Position numbers and translations under genes: made by a program | Part shown: one piece after another, positions 30,562 through 41,445 of the stretch | How positions within the stretch are numbered: the stretch's first letter is position 1 | How the letters are laid out: each line of letters starts with the position of its first letter | From: Aureliella sp. | GTDB lineage: Bacteria; Planctomycetota; Planctomycetia; Pirellulales; Pirellulaceae | Length of the DNA: 64,000 bases | Assembly: GCA_963691875.1 (NCBI GenBank) | Contig: OY829846.1 | Span: 1,536,001 to 1,600,000 of the forward strand | Direction of reading: 5' to 3' | The notes under the pieces: generated by a model | What the model saw: the letters and a program-made list of their open reading frames with translations, nothing else | Databases searched by the model: none | Told to the model about the DNA's origin: nothing

Positions 30562-31575
30562 TCACGGCAATTGCGTCACATCAACATAGCGAAACTCGCC
30601 CCCCGTCGCGTTTGCTAACGCCTTGAGCCAAGATCCCGAGCGTGCCCCTGCACCGGTGCCAAACTGGATGGTGTGAATCGTTGCTCCAATTCGATTCGCC
30701 CGCTCGTAAAGATTCTCCATGTCTCTACTGCCGGGCGCAGTCTCGGCGTCGGTCAGAAAAAATATCACATCTGGTTGCATCCCAATCGCCATCCGCATCG
30801 CCTCGCAGTGTTCAGTGCCGCCGCTGGCAGGACGGTTCCGAACGAACTTCTGCGCTTCGAGTTTTGGCAGCTTTTCGCCTGTAAACAATTTTGGTGGGCC
30901 GCTTAGGCCGCCAAAGGGATATGGCGTGTCGTTATAAAAGATGATCTGAAACTGGTGTACCGGGCCCAGCGATTCAAGACTTTGAAGGAGTTCGCTTTTT
31001 GCGGCAAGCAAGGGGCGTTTTCCATATCCATTCATGCTTTCAGAACAATCGAACACGTAAAGAAACCGAGTGCCTTCTCCCTCAATTCCAAAGATCGACG
31101 TCTTGACACTTGGTACGTCCGACTTGCCTCCGAGCTTTCCCCCTCCATCGCCCAAGCCCACCGAGCCGGCTGCGTTTGACGCGTTCACTCCGGCATCGGT
31201 CGCGCCTGGCAACAGATCATTTTGCGATAGGATGTCGCTCGCCGAAGTATGAGCCTGAGAATCTGCAGAACTTGGAAGAGAATTCGCAGCAGCTTCTTCC
31301 GCGTCATTTGTTTCACCATCACCGGTGAGGAAATAATCGGTGGTACCGGCAGTCTGATGCACAACCGCAATGCCCATGGGCCGGTCTTTCTCGCCACCAG
31401 TCCCCTTAGTCGTCCCCACCCAGAAGACCGTCAAGCTTCCAACGACTGCAACATGGAAGAGGAGGGAAACCGCCCAAGCAGGCAGGGTTCGACGGATATC
31501 CCTGGCAGAAGGAGGGCTCGGAATCCCTCGGCGCTCCAGTCGTTGCGGCTCGCGTTTCGAATCTTCAGTACTCAT
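30562..31575 (-). CDS. Membrane-anchored VWA-domain protein
   Basis: WAVSLLFH TM, Gly-rich linker, FLYVFDCSESM (DxSxS), GGT, FFLTDA, LANATGGEFRYV. Confidence 0.88.
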   Translation of the reverse strand: MSTEDSKREPQRLERRGIPSPPSARDIRRTLPAWAVSLLFHVAVVGSLTVFWVGTTKGTGGEKDRPMGIAVVHQTAGTTDYFLTGDGETNDAEEAAANSLPSSADSQAHTSASDILSQNDLLPGATDAGVNASNAAGSVGLGDGGGKLGGKSDVPSVKTSIFGIEGEGTRFLYVFDCSESMNGYGKRPLLAAKSELLQSLESLGPVHQFQIIFYNDTPYPFGGLSGPPKLFTGEKLPKLEAQKFVRNRPASGGTEHCEAMRMAIGMQPDVIFFLTDAETAPGSRDMENLYERANRIGATIHTIQFGTGAGARSGSWLKALANATGGEFRYVDVTQLP

Positions 31576-32011
31576 TATTCAGCTCCGCAGGCAAACTCCT
31601 TGGCATCCATTATGCACTACAAACCCGATTCATCGAACCGAGCTGTGTATTTCGCAAAGCCAAAGAACACATAACGCTGGTTCGCTAGTCGCAACACGCA
31701 GAAAAAGTGGAGTCCATGCTGGTTGGGAACGCGTTGCCAACGACGGTTGTTTCTTCGGCAGGGCCAGGCAAATCAAAGTTTGATGGACTCAGCACGCCGC
31801 TAATACTTGCTGCCCCATTCCGACGCCGGTTCGTTTTTATATTCCCCAAATTCTGATTTTGTGGAGCTGCTTCTTGGACACTTTCATCTTGCGACCTGTA
31901 GTCTCAATTAGTCGAATAGCCCTGAGACTTCGGTCATTTCGCGAGCAAACAGATTGAGTATCGCGGTTATTTCGCATCAATGCGAGACTAGCAACGGTCT
32001 ACCGAAAAAGG

Positions 32012-32041
32012 AAGGCCACCCAGTCGAAACTGGGTGGCCCC
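32012..32041. terminator. Strong hairpin, terminator-like
   Basis: ggccacccagt-cgaa-actgggtggcc, preceded by aaaaaggaa (a T tract on the minus strand). Confidence 0.6.
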
Positions 32042-32471
32042 TATTGAGAGTCTCATTGCCCCTTGAAACTCTCAAATCCCAAAATTTCTCTTAATTACTA
32101 TTCCCTGCGATCACGATGCGGTGTCAGCATAGCGATCACCGAAGCTGAAAGTATCCAAATCATTGGTTCCCAAATCAAAGGTCGAAAACCAACCCTAAGA
32201 CTTACTCTTGAGCCATCAAATGATGAGCGCATCAAGAACGCTTTGAAACCGGTGCCGCCCTGGCGTGTTGAGTTAAGCGAAACGTCGAAGTCACTGACGA
32301 AGAAAGCAGTACAATCAGACCCCTTCCAACGATCTTAGATTAAAGTCAAAAAAGAAAATTGTGCGAAGGTGTCTAGTGGAAGTGCTGCTTCGATTGCCTT
32401 ATTATTGCGACAAAAGCAGCCCTCCGGATGGCGAAACTACGCCAACCGCTGTTTTTTTAAATCCCCGATTT

Positions 32472-33140
32472 ATGAACAGAAGTGTGCAAGTACAGGCAAC
32501 GGCAAACGAGGAAATTGTGACGGCTCAAAGGAAAGCTCGTGTTCTGGTCTTGGATGACGACCCTGGCGTTCTTTCAGTTATCGGCCAACTGTTAAACGCA
32601 CACGGATTTGCAGCGGAGGTATTCAGCTTACCCGCTGCACTGCTTGACTCACTCCACCCCGATGACATCGGATGTTTGGTAACGGATTTGGAAATGCCAC
32701 ACATCAACGGCATGGAAGTCCAAAGGCGACTTATTGCCTCAGGCAGTTCCCTGGCGATCGTCGTGGTTACAGCCCACGCAGATGTCCCGCGTACGATCAA
32801 AATCATGTCGCAGGGAGCAGTAACATTGCTAGAGAAGCCGTTCAAATCTCAGCAATTGGTCACCGCTGTGCATAATGCTGTCGAGATCAGTCGACGTACC
32901 TTTGATCGTCGATCGCGTATCGAAAATTCTCAGAAGCTGATCGACAAACTAAGCGACGAAGAGTTACAGATCATGAAGCTGGCCGCGGCCGGAATGCCAA
33001 ACAAAACAATCAGCCTACAATTAGATCTTAGCCCACGTACTATCGACCGCCGCAGGCAGTCGGCGCTGCTCAAGCTTGATGTTGCATCGGTAGCTGACTT
33101 CGCGGTTATGTACGCGACCAGCCAACAAGAACTGGGTTAG
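32472..33140 (+). CDS. FixJ-like response regulator (REC + LuxR HTH)
   Basis: LDDD, CLVTDLEMP, TAHADVP, LEKPF, GMPNKTISLQLDLSPRTI. Confidence 0.92.
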   Translation: MNRSVQVQATANEEIVTAQRKARVLVLDDDPGVLSVIGQLLNAHGFAAEVFSLPAALLDSLHPDDIGCLVTDLEMPHINGMEVQRRLIASGSSLAIVVVTAHADVPRTIKIMSQGAVTLLEKPFKSQQLVTAVHNAVEISRRTFDRRSRIENSQKLIDKLSDEELQIMKLAAAGMPNKTISLQLDLSPRTIDRRRQSALLKLDVASVADFAVMYATSQQELG

Positions 33141-33168
33141 CTCAAGAAGAAAACCACTACGGGAATAT

Positions 33169-33732
33169 CTACTGAGTTGGAAACTCAAACTTGAGCTGTT
33201 GATCATCCTCACTTCGGCCAAACTCTCGGTATAGCAGGCTCGGCTGAATACCATGATTGTTCTGGTACTTGCTGGAGCCTTGCTCCCGTACTTCTCCTTC
33301 CAAGGTGTGATACAGAATTTTGCAAACTTGAATTCCGGAGTAGATCCGAATCGGTTGGACGGCGAACATTTCCAAGGTCCAGTAACCCTTGAAGCCAGCA
33401 TCGCCGAATCCAGCGGTTGCATGAACGAACAGGCCCAAACGCGACAGCGAAGAGCGGCCTTCGATCATTGGCACAAGATCATGGGTCTCTGTGTGCTCTA
33501 CCGTTCGCCCCAAATAAATCTGATTGGGGCTAAGAACTAAACCTGCGGGTGGAATTTCAATTCTCCGATGCCGGTTGGGCTCCTTCAGGTCGAGGACAAC
33601 CTCTTCGTAAACCAGCAATTCGTTGTGGAGAGTGAGATCGTAGCCGTTGGTTCCTAGCTGGGCTTCGGAAAACGGGTCGATCTTGATTTGCGAACCCATT
33701 CGGTTCTTAATTTCAGCGCCCGAAAGAATCAT
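33169..33732 (-). CDS. dcd: dCTP deaminase
   Basis: MILSG, YDLTL, EGRSSLSRLGLFVH, DAGFKG, TLE, KYQ. Confidence 0.93.
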   Translation of the reverse strand: MILSGAEIKNRMGSQIKIDPFSEAQLGTNGYDLTLHNELLVYEEVVLDLKEPNRHRRIEIPPAGLVLSPNQIYLGRTVEHTETHDLVPMIEGRSSLSRLGLFVHATAGFGDAGFKGYWTLEMFAVQPIRIYSGIQVCKILYHTLEGEVREQGSSKYQNNHGIQPSLLYREFGRSEDDQQLKFEFPTQ

Positions 33733-34095
33733 GAGCGAACTTCAGGAGGGGTTACAAGGCGGGTATTGACACAGAAAAGAGAACTTAGCAGATGGGAACC
33801 CGTTACCCAATCTTTTCGTCACATATTGCCAGATGCGCTATGATATGACAATGCAGCAGCACGCAATTCTTCTTGAATCGATGATGTGTGCATTTTCGTC
33901 GTTCAATAGGATTGCAGACGCGTACGTTGATTGAGGAGACGTTGTGGCTCTCGACATATGCTGAAATAAGGAAAGTTCGTTGTTCTCAAGAGTTTATCGA
34001 AGAGTCCGGCAACTTAAAGTTACGGCAAGTCAATACGGAAGGCGATTTGGGGACGCTGCTCCTTCACTAGCGTCTCATTTTGGGTAAGGGAATTC

Positions 34096-34797
34096 ATGAC
34101 GGAAATCCAAGGTAGCGCAGACTGGCCACAAGATTTCTGTGGGACAGTACGTCTGTTCCCTCTACCCAATCTCGTTCTTTTTCCTAACGTTCTACAGCCA
34201 CTGCATATATTCGAGCCACGCTATTGCGACATGCTCGCAGAGGCGATGAGTTCGGATAGGCTGATCGCAATGGCGTTTCTTCATCAGGGCTGGGAGCATA
34301 AGTACCTTCAAAGGCCAGCTATTGCGACGGGCGTCTGCGTTGGCAAAGTAATCTCGCACAGCCCAACAGAAGACGGCCGGCACAACATTTTGTTGATCGG
34401 GATGAAGCGCGGGCAGATTATCGAAGAACTCGATACGGACAATTCATTTCGCAAGGCGACAGTCAAAATACTGGAAGATCGTTATCCAATCGAAGATACC
34501 GGTGGTCGTGGTGATTTGACGGATCGATTGCGTAAGCTTTTCGCGTCCTTCGTGCCCGCTGCCATGTCCTCTGACAATGATATGCTCATGCACGAGGCAC
34601 CATTGGGACAATTAACGGATCACATCACACACGTCCTCAATCTTCCGCTTAAGGTGAAACTCCGTTTGCTCGAGGAGCCGAATGTTGATTTCCGCTGCCG
34701 ACTTCTGATTCGCTGCTTGGAGCAACAGCTTGAGCGAAATGGAGTGACCGAGGCAAGCTTTGCCAACGAATTCCCGCCCAAGTTCTCGCAAAACTAG
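34096..34797 (+). CDS. LON peptidase substrate-binding domain protein
   Basis: LFPLPNLVLFP..PLHIFEPRY..DGRHNILLIG. Confidence 0.9.
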   Translation: MTEIQGSADWPQDFCGTVRLFPLPNLVLFPNVLQPLHIFEPRYCDMLAEAMSSDRLIAMAFLHQGWEHKYLQRPAIATGVCVGKVISHSPTEDGRHNILLIGMKRGQIIEELDTDNSFRKATVKILEDRYPIEDTGGRGDLTDRLRKLFASFVPAAMSSDNDMLMHEAPLGQLTDHITHVLNLPLKVKLRLLEEPNVDFRCRLLIRCLEQQLERNGVTEASFANEFPPKFSQN

Positions 34798-34899
34798 CGA
34801 CACCATAAACGTCCTCCGGTAGCTCAAGCCACCATCGGACGAGTGAGTGTCCTGGGAGATTTCGTTTTTCCGAGCCAAACTTTCGATTCGCGGCTTTGG

Positions 34900-35270
34900 T
34901 CGAGGCACTCGTAAACACGCCCAGATTGGAGAAAAGACCTGAGATCCGCAAGTCGAAACAGCTTGCGAAAATACCATTCATCGGGACAAGTCACTTAATT
35001 TGCGATCTCTTTGTCATGGCCGCTCGTCAGCATGACCTTCGCATCGGGACGAATCTCTCGGATTTGCATCCGGGTTTCGGTTTCGTCCCAATGGGTATCA
35101 TCAAAATCTAATCTCGCTAAGTCGAATTCCAGTGAAGCGGCTTGGGATTGTTCAACCGCTTGCCAGCCATCATCAACAACCATCACTTCGAATCCCATGC
35201 GGTAAGGTAAACGTGAGGTTGCTTGCGGCACACAGCCTTCGTCTTCTGCGAGCAGGATAGTCGGGCGTCT
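34900..35270 (-). pseudogene. Decayed response-regulator receiver domain
   Basis: TILLAEDE..GFEVMVVDDGWQAVE..IREIRPDAKVMLTSGH, then an in-frame TAA (34995-34997), continuing as ..YFRKLFRLADL (KPF-like). Confidence 0.65.
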
Positions 35271-35370
35271 TACAAAACCCTGATGGCGTGAATGCGCATT
35301 TCCGTTTTCTATGTGGGAAGGCCTAGGAACTGATAAAGAAGCAAAGAGGCAAGACCGTGCTTTCAAGAGA

Positions 35371-36570
35371 CTACTTTTGCCTGGATATCGTTCCGGTAAA
35401 CAGGTTCAGATAGACTCGGTAACCCTCTTTCTCCATTTCATTTCGAGGAATAAAACGCAGGGCGGCCGAATTCATACAGTATCGCTTCCCGCCTCGATGC
35501 GGAGGCCCATCGTTGAAAACGTGCCCCAAGTGGGAGTCACCATAGCGCGACCGCACCTCGACTCGTGGCAACACCATTTTGAAATCTTGCTTGAAGTAAA
35601 CTGCATCGCCTTCAATCGGCTTCACGAAGGACGGCCAACCAGTGCCAGAGTGATACTTGTCAACCGAAGAGAATAGCGGTGCACCGGAGACAACATCAAC
35701 GTAGATCCCCTCACGCTTGTTATTCCAGTAAGCGTTGCTATGAGCCGGTTCGGTCCCGTCTTCTTGAGTCACTTTGAACTCCATCGGTTTGAGCGTTTTC
35801 TTGAGCTCAGCAAGCTGTGGTTTCTTGAAAGTGATCCACGGTCGGTCTTTGAAATCCTCTTCTGTTGGGCGCGACTCTGGCAATTCAAGCACCATCGCCC
35901 GACGCCCCCAGTGCTTCCGGACAAACGCATCGCGTCCGGATTGAAACCGAAAGTAGTTGTACTTGATGGCGTTTTTGCGGTGATAATCTTGGTGATATGG
36001 CTCTGCAGGCCAAAACTGTTCACGTTCGATAACTTCTACAATAATCTTTTTACCGAGAAACACGTCCAGGGTGTCGAGAGCTTCGATAGCTTTCTTGGCC
36101 GCCTCCTGCTCCTTGTCGTCTGCATAGTAGATCGCAGGTGAGTACTGCTTGCCTTTGTCCTGGAATTGCCCAGCCCGGTCCGTTGCATCAACATGCTTAA
36201 TCAACCACTCCACGAGTCCGGCATAGGCGATTTTCCGCCTGTCATAAGTCACCAGGACGACCTCGCGATGCCCACCCGACGCATATGTTTTGTAAGTGGG
36301 ATTTTTTGTTCGACCGCCGCTGTATCCCGAAACCACATCCACGACACCAGGGCACTTCTCAAAGTCTGTTTCAACGCACCAGAAACAACCGCCAGCCAAC
36401 ACCGCGGTGCCAAAGTTGTTGTTTACCGGTGAATGGAGGGCAGGCTGAGCGAGAGTCAACGGTGCTGAAAAGAAGAGCACGCCAGCCGAGATGGAACAGA
36501 ATGTTGCTCGAGTAATTGTAAACGCCCGCACGATTTGCTCCCTTAGTTCTGAGTGAAGCGGCATTCTCAC
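35371..36570 (-). CDS. msrAB: Bifunctional methionine sulfoxide reductase MsrA/MsrB, exported
   Basis: AGGCFWC, AEPYHQDY, GTGWPSF, HLGHVF, RYCMNSAAL. Confidence 0.95.
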   Translation of the reverse strand: MRMPLHSELREQIVRAFTITRATFCSISAGVLFFSAPLTLAQPALHSPVNNNFGTAVLAGGCFWCVETDFEKCPGVVDVVSGYSGGRTKNPTYKTYASGGHREVVLVTYDRRKIAYAGLVEWLIKHVDATDRAGQFQDKGKQYSPAIYYADDKEQEAAKKAIEALDTLDVFLGKKIIVEVIEREQFWPAEPYHQDYHRKNAIKYNYFRFQSGRDAFVRKHWGRRAMVLELPESRPTEEDFKDRPWITFKKPQLAELKKTLKPMEFKVTQEDGTEPAHSNAYWNNKREGIYVDVVSGAPLFSSVDKYHSGTGWPSFVKPIEGDAVYFKQDFKMVLPRVEVRSRYGDSHLGHVFNDGPPHRGGKRYCMNSAALRFIPRNEMEKEGYRVYLNLFTGTISRQK

Positions 36571-36834
36571 AACAGATTTTAACTCATCGTCAAACCGTGC
36601 CCCAAGCCGTTTCCCGCGATGCTTGAATCAGCTCTCAGTAATCAACGCTGAAAAACTGCCGAATAGCTTGCCGCCACCGTCACGTATTGAGATTCGCCGA
36701 AATTCCTCGCCGTGCTCTTAGCATGAGAAGGGCCTCCCGGAGCTTACAGCTCGCCCCTTAACAAGCGGAGATTGCCGGGTTCGACGCTCGCCGCAAGCTC
36801 AAACTCGTCGATTCAGCACCGAAATATCCTCGCA

Positions 36835-37104
36835 TTACAGCCACCAAGATTCCTTCGCGCGCTCCAACGCAGCACTCTGCCCGTCGTTGAACTCATATGA
36901 ATTCGCATTGATGCGTGTGAATGTGTGCGTCCGCCAGTTTCCGCGGTGGTGAAACGAGTAGTCCACGAAACATTGCCCATAATCACGCGTTTCAAACACC
37001 GTGGATAGCAACTGCATCAAATCAATATCTGACAGCACCTTCTCGCGCCAACGAACAAACGCATTTTGCTGAGTTCGCCTCTCATCGTTTTGGCAAAAGC
37101 TCAT
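36835..37104 (-). CDS. Hypothetical protein (89 aa)
   Basis: ATG overlaps the upstream GNAT stop (ATGA); no family recognised. Confidence 0.35.
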   Translation of the reverse strand: MSFCQNDERRTQQNAFVRWREKVLSDIDLMQLLSTVFETRDYGQCFVDYSFHHRGNWRTHTFTRINANSYEFNDGQSAALERAKESWWL

Positions 37105-37712
37105 TTCAGGTCATTAAATTCGGCTCGGTCACGCAACGGATAAAAGAGAGCCCGTTTTTGGTGCGGTAAAGTGTAATCAAAGCCCAGGCTATGCAAGAAC
37201 TGCTCGGAGGAACTGATGGCCATGACTTCCATCACACCTTTCGCCTTCGCTAATGCAACGCACTTTTGCACAAGCAATCCTCCAATTCCGTGTCCCTGAT
37301 GCCGCCCAGCGACAGCTAAACACAGGATTTCTGCGAGCTTCTTCGAGTAGATCTCGACAGAACAGAAGCCTACAACACGATACTCCGCATCCGCTTGATG
37401 CACAGCAACAAAACCTGTGCTGATAAGATTGGAGATCTCCGCTTCGCTGCGCCGTAGCAGGACTTCGTTATGCACAAAGGGCTCTAGCACTGCCACAATG
37501 CCATGCAAGTCTTCTGTGTCCGCAGCCCGAACGGTGTAGCCACCGGGTAGTTTCCCAGAACCTGAATGTGGGCCAACGTTCTGCTGATCTTCTCGGGACA
37601 ATTGTCGTTTTCCTGTAGATACTTTGACCCAAAGTCGTCGCGTCGTCTTGACGACATCCGCTACATGTGACCCCAAATAGAGGCTCCTCAATTGCTGCCG
37701 ATTCTTACCCAC
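37101..37712 (-). CDS. GNAT acetyltransferase, short N-acetylglutamate synthase (ArgA)-like
   Basis: VLLRRSEAEI, KLAEILCLAV..QGHGIG; adjacent to argE. Confidence 0.8.
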   Translation of the reverse strand: MGKNRQQLRSLYLGSHVADVVKTTRRLWVKVSTGKRQLSREDQQNVGPHSGSGKLPGGYTVRAADTEDLHGIVAVLEPFVHNEVLLRRSEAEISNLISTGFVAVHQADAEYRVVGFCSVEIYSKKLAEILCLAVAGRHQGHGIGGLLVQKCVALAKAKGVMEVMAISSSEQFLHSLGFDYTLPHQKRALFYPLRDRAEFNDLK

Positions 37713-37724
37713 TCACTTACCCAC

Positions 37725-38882
37725 TCACAGTTGTGGCAACCGACGAAAAACGCTTTCAAACACTTCGACACCTCGCTCCAATTGAGTCAACTCGATAAAC
37801 TCGTCCGGACGATGTGCCTGCTCGATACTGCCTGGCCCCAGCACAAGCAACTGTTTCAGAGCTTGCAAGAAGCATCCATCGGTCGCGTAACATACTGCAT
37901 TCGCCACAGTCTGATCAAGCAAACGAAGCATGGCCTGCACACCTGGTTGCTCCGGAGCTGTATTCAGAGGCCTTAGCGGTGGAAATTGTCTGAGGATCAA
38001 TTGAAGTTCTTTCGCCTTGAGCGCAATTTCTTCGCACAATTCAAGCCAAGGCGTTTCAGCCATGGGACGCAGGAAGACGTGAGCCTTGGCCACTCCAACC
38101 GTAATGTTGGATGCTTGCGGCTCGTTTTCCAGCACCACGTTCATCGTCATGGTTTGGGGATCAAAAGTGTCATTCTGATACTTGGCCTCCGTTTCCAGAC
38201 GTTCGTTCAACTCTCCAAGCCAGGCGAGAAATGGAATCAATGTCCAGTTCGCATTCTCTCCGTCAGCCGTACTGCTGTGTGCGGCCACGCCACGGGACTC
38301 TACTTCAAGGTGACAGACGCCTTTGTGAGCATGGACCAGTTCTAGCGAAGTTGGTTCGCCAATGATGGCTGGAGTTTGAGCCCGTACCATCTGGTCAAAC
38401 AACTCTGAATCCAGCGCGATGCCGGAAGCCCCCGCCATTCCACATTCTTCGTCACCCGTGATGAAGAAGTACAGCGGCCCTTGCTGTTCCTCCCTGGGGA
38501 TGCGCTCGATCGCTTTCATCGCCGTGGCGATAGAGCCCTTCATGTCGCAGGTCCCTCGGCCCCACATTTTGTCTTCCGCTACGCGAGCGTCGAAAGGTTC
38601 GCTGTGTTTGCAATTCCAGCCTTCAATCGGGACGACATCGTTGTGACAGAAATAGCCAACACCTGCTGAGTCCGAAGTCTTAATCGGATGGCGTATGGCT
38701 TCGAGTCGCGTTTTCACAACGCCGTGCAAATCTTTGTAAATGACATCCTGCACCTCAAATCCCAGATCCTCCAAGAACTCAGCACAGACGTCGCTTACTT
38801 GGTGGTTTGGCTGGGTCGTCACGGAGTCGGCCTGTACCAAGGTTTGGGTTAGCGCGATGAGTTCAGGGATTTGCGAATGCAT
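37725..38882 (-). CDS. argE: Acetylornithine deacetylase (M20)
   Basis: HNDVVP, GRGTCDMKG, DEECG, GEPT, HKG, GPGSIEQAHRPDEF. Confidence 0.85.
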   Translation of the reverse strand: MHSQIPELIALTQTLVQADSVTTQPNHQVSDVCAEFLEDLGFEVQDVIYKDLHGVVKTRLEAIRHPIKTSDSAGVGYFCHNDVVPIEGWNCKHSEPFDARVAEDKMWGRGTCDMKGSIATAMKAIERIPREEQQGPLYFFITGDEECGMAGASGIALDSELFDQMVRAQTPAIIGEPTSLELVHAHKGVCHLEVESRGVAAHSSTADGENANWTLIPFLAWLGELNERLETEAKYQNDTFDPQTMTMNVVLENEPQASNITVGVAKAHVFLRPMAETPWLELCEEIALKAKELQLILRQFPPLRPLNTAPEQPGVQAMLRLLDQTVANAVCYATDGCFLQALKQLLVLGPGSIEQAHRPDEFIELTQLERGVEVFESVFRRLPQL

Positions 38883-39090
38883 AGGGATTCTATCGAAATT
38901 CGGGATTGGCTCACCATGACAATCCTACTCCATTGTGAAGTCGCTGTTAATGGAGAGTTCCCAGCGGCTTGTTCGGGTGGATTCAGTGAAAGCCGGCTGC
39001 GAAGTCCTTTTGGCTTTAACACAGTCTTGGTATGCTTGCCCATTAGGACTTTCGTTCAAAACGCATCATGGCAGAAGGCAAGACTGGAAC

Positions 39091-40398
39091 ATGATTGAGG
39101 CTGACCCCCGCTCCGTGTTGGCACTAATTCTCGGTGGTGGACGTGGCACACGACTCTTCCCACTCACCAAGTATCGCTCCAAACCAGCCGTACCGTTGGC
39201 GGGCAAGTACCGTCTGATCGATATTCCTATTTCGAATTGCATCAACAGCAATATCAACAAGATGCTGGTCCTCACGCAGTTCATGTCGAACTCCCTGCAC
39301 ATGCACATTCGACAAACTTACCGTTTTGACGGTTTCAGTGGCGGCTTCGTCGACATTCTTGCGGCCCAGCAGACGATGGACGCCGGTACAGACTGGTACG
39401 AAGGCACGGCCGATGCAGTCCGCAAGAACCTTCAAAACTTGGATCATAAAGGCATCAAGCACGTTCTGATCCTTTCCGGTGACCAGCTATATCGCATGGA
39501 CTATCGCACGATGTTGCAAAAGCACGTCTCAAGTGGTGCTGACGCCACCATTGCAGCCTTGCCTGTTGAGCGCGAGGACGCCAAGTCGCTGGGCGTGATG
39601 CGCTGCGACAAGGAGGGCCGCGTGACGGGCTTTCTGGAGAAGCCGCAGACTGACGAAGAAATCAACATGGTTACCATGGATCCCGCTTGGATTGACAAAC
39701 AAGGCGTTACATCGAACGGACGTGAATGCCTCGCCAGTATGGGCCTTTACATCTTTGACCGTGACTTCTTGTTCGATGTACTAGAGAAAACAGACTACAG
39801 CGACTTTGGCAAGGAAGTTTTTCCCGCAGCCATTCGAAGCCGCAATGTGCAGGTGCACATGTTTGATAGCTTTTGGGAAGACATCGGAACAATCAAAGCA
39901 TTTTATGACGCCAATCTGCAGCTCGCTCAACCCGAGCCGCCGTTTGACCTTGTTTCACCTTCAGCACCGGTGTTTTCGCGCGCCCGATTCTTGCCACCTG
40001 CCATTATTGAAGGCGCTACAATCGAAAACAGCTTGATCGCGGACGGATGTCGCATCGGCAGCGGTGCTGTCATCGAGAACAGCGTCATTGGCTTGCGTTG
40101 TCTGATTGGCGAAAACGCTGTCATCAAAAACAGCATCGTCATGGGTTCCGACTTCTTCGATACTGAGGAAGAGGTCGACGCATTCGTGCAGCATGGTGAA
40201 CCACCAGTCGGCATTGGCTCGGGTTCACGCGTGATCAATGCAATTCTCGACAAGAATTGCCAACTTGGCGAGAACGTGGTCATTGAGAATACGTCCGGAG
40301 TCGAGAGCAGCGACGACCGTTATCCTTGCTACATTCGCGACGGCATTCCAATCGTAGTCAAAGGCGGAATGCTCGCCGACAACTGGAAGCTCAGCTAG
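39091..40398 (+). CDS. glgC: Glucose-1-phosphate adenylyltransferase
   Basis: LGGGRGTRLFPLT, SKPAVPLAGKYRLID, GTADAVR, LSGDQLYRMDY, DFGKE, WEDIGT. Confidence 0.97.
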   Translation: MIEADPRSVLALILGGGRGTRLFPLTKYRSKPAVPLAGKYRLIDIPISNCINSNINKMLVLTQFMSNSLHMHIRQTYRFDGFSGGFVDILAAQQTMDAGTDWYEGTADAVRKNLQNLDHKGIKHVLILSGDQLYRMDYRTMLQKHVSSGADATIAALPVEREDAKSLGVMRCDKEGRVTGFLEKPQTDEEINMVTMDPAWIDKQGVTSNGRECLASMGLYIFDRDFLFDVLEKTDYSDFGKEVFPAAIRSRNVQVHMFDSFWEDIGTIKAFYDANLQLAQPEPPFDLVSPSAPVFSRARFLPPAIIEGATIENSLIADGCRIGSGAVIENSVIGLRCLIGENAVIKNSIVMGSDFFDTEEEVDAFVQHGEPPVGIGSGSRVINAILDKNCQLGENVVIENTSGVESSDDRYPCYIRDGIPIVVKGGMLADNWKLS

Positions 40399-41445
40399 CC
40401 CTCCTACCGCGATATGCTCCCTCGCTCCAGATACCTGCATTGGCAAATGAGCCCAATCCCCATAGCCGCCTTATGGGTTCTCTAACCTTTCGGACTTCTC
40501 TAGGGTACTTACCTTGCTGAGCGTGGAAGGGCTAGTTCCGACACGTAGCTTGTAAGCTCTTTTCTTCTGGTTTTGGCTCCTGCCGAGCACGTCTCTAGGC
40601 TTTAAACGATCATAAAGTAAGGAAAACGCCCTGCAGCCGAAGCGTTACCCACTGTACAGGCTGAAGCGGCACCAGACCTCCGCGGGCACGAGGTGGTTCG
40701 TGCGATCCTTTACTGGCGAGAACAGTTCACGATAGCGGGGTTTCGGAATGGTCGAACAACTCGAATGTCATGGCGTTGCTTCAAATTGCTATTAATCAAA
40801 TCGCTATTGAGTTAGTCTGAATGGTCGAGCCACGACTTTCTGGTGTCGCAATCAAACCTGCGGGAGATTTCGCTGAGATTCATAGGTCCACTAGTCGCAA
40901 ATACCGCTGCAACTCGCTTTTTACCGGGGCGGAGACCGATGAACATAGCACCTTGCTTACCCCGCCACAGCTAACGGCACCCATCGTTATTCAATCTCCA
41001 CCCCCGATTAGCCCTCCCCAGACGGCAATCCAATCCGATTTCGAGTCGGAGCGGTAGGATACTCACTAGCACATATCAAGAGTGTCGATGCCAGTGCAAA
41101 AACCGAGGTCGAGCATCTTGAGATGACAACTGGATTTGGCGGCAAGATTCCATTTCGAGCTATAAACGAGGGGAATCGAATCCGTCACGTCCAGATGCAA
41201 GCCCATCCCTTCGGTAACTACAGCCTAACGTCCACGTTAGCACAGCACCAAATGAATGCCGATTCTGCAAAGATGCTGTCGGGTAAAGTGGGATGGGTAA
41301 CCTTGCCTTAGCCACACGCTACCCTTGGATGCTTCCTGTTCTGCTCGGTCCAAGAATGGGTGCAGGAGAATATTCAGCTAGCTTGGGCACGCAATACCTA
41401 GTCTGTCACCCAAGAGCAGAAGGCAGCGAGGCAAACACTGCAAGA

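Noticed and set aside
33733..34095. NrdR boxes upstream of dcd
   Set aside because: Looked for them and found no convincing match.
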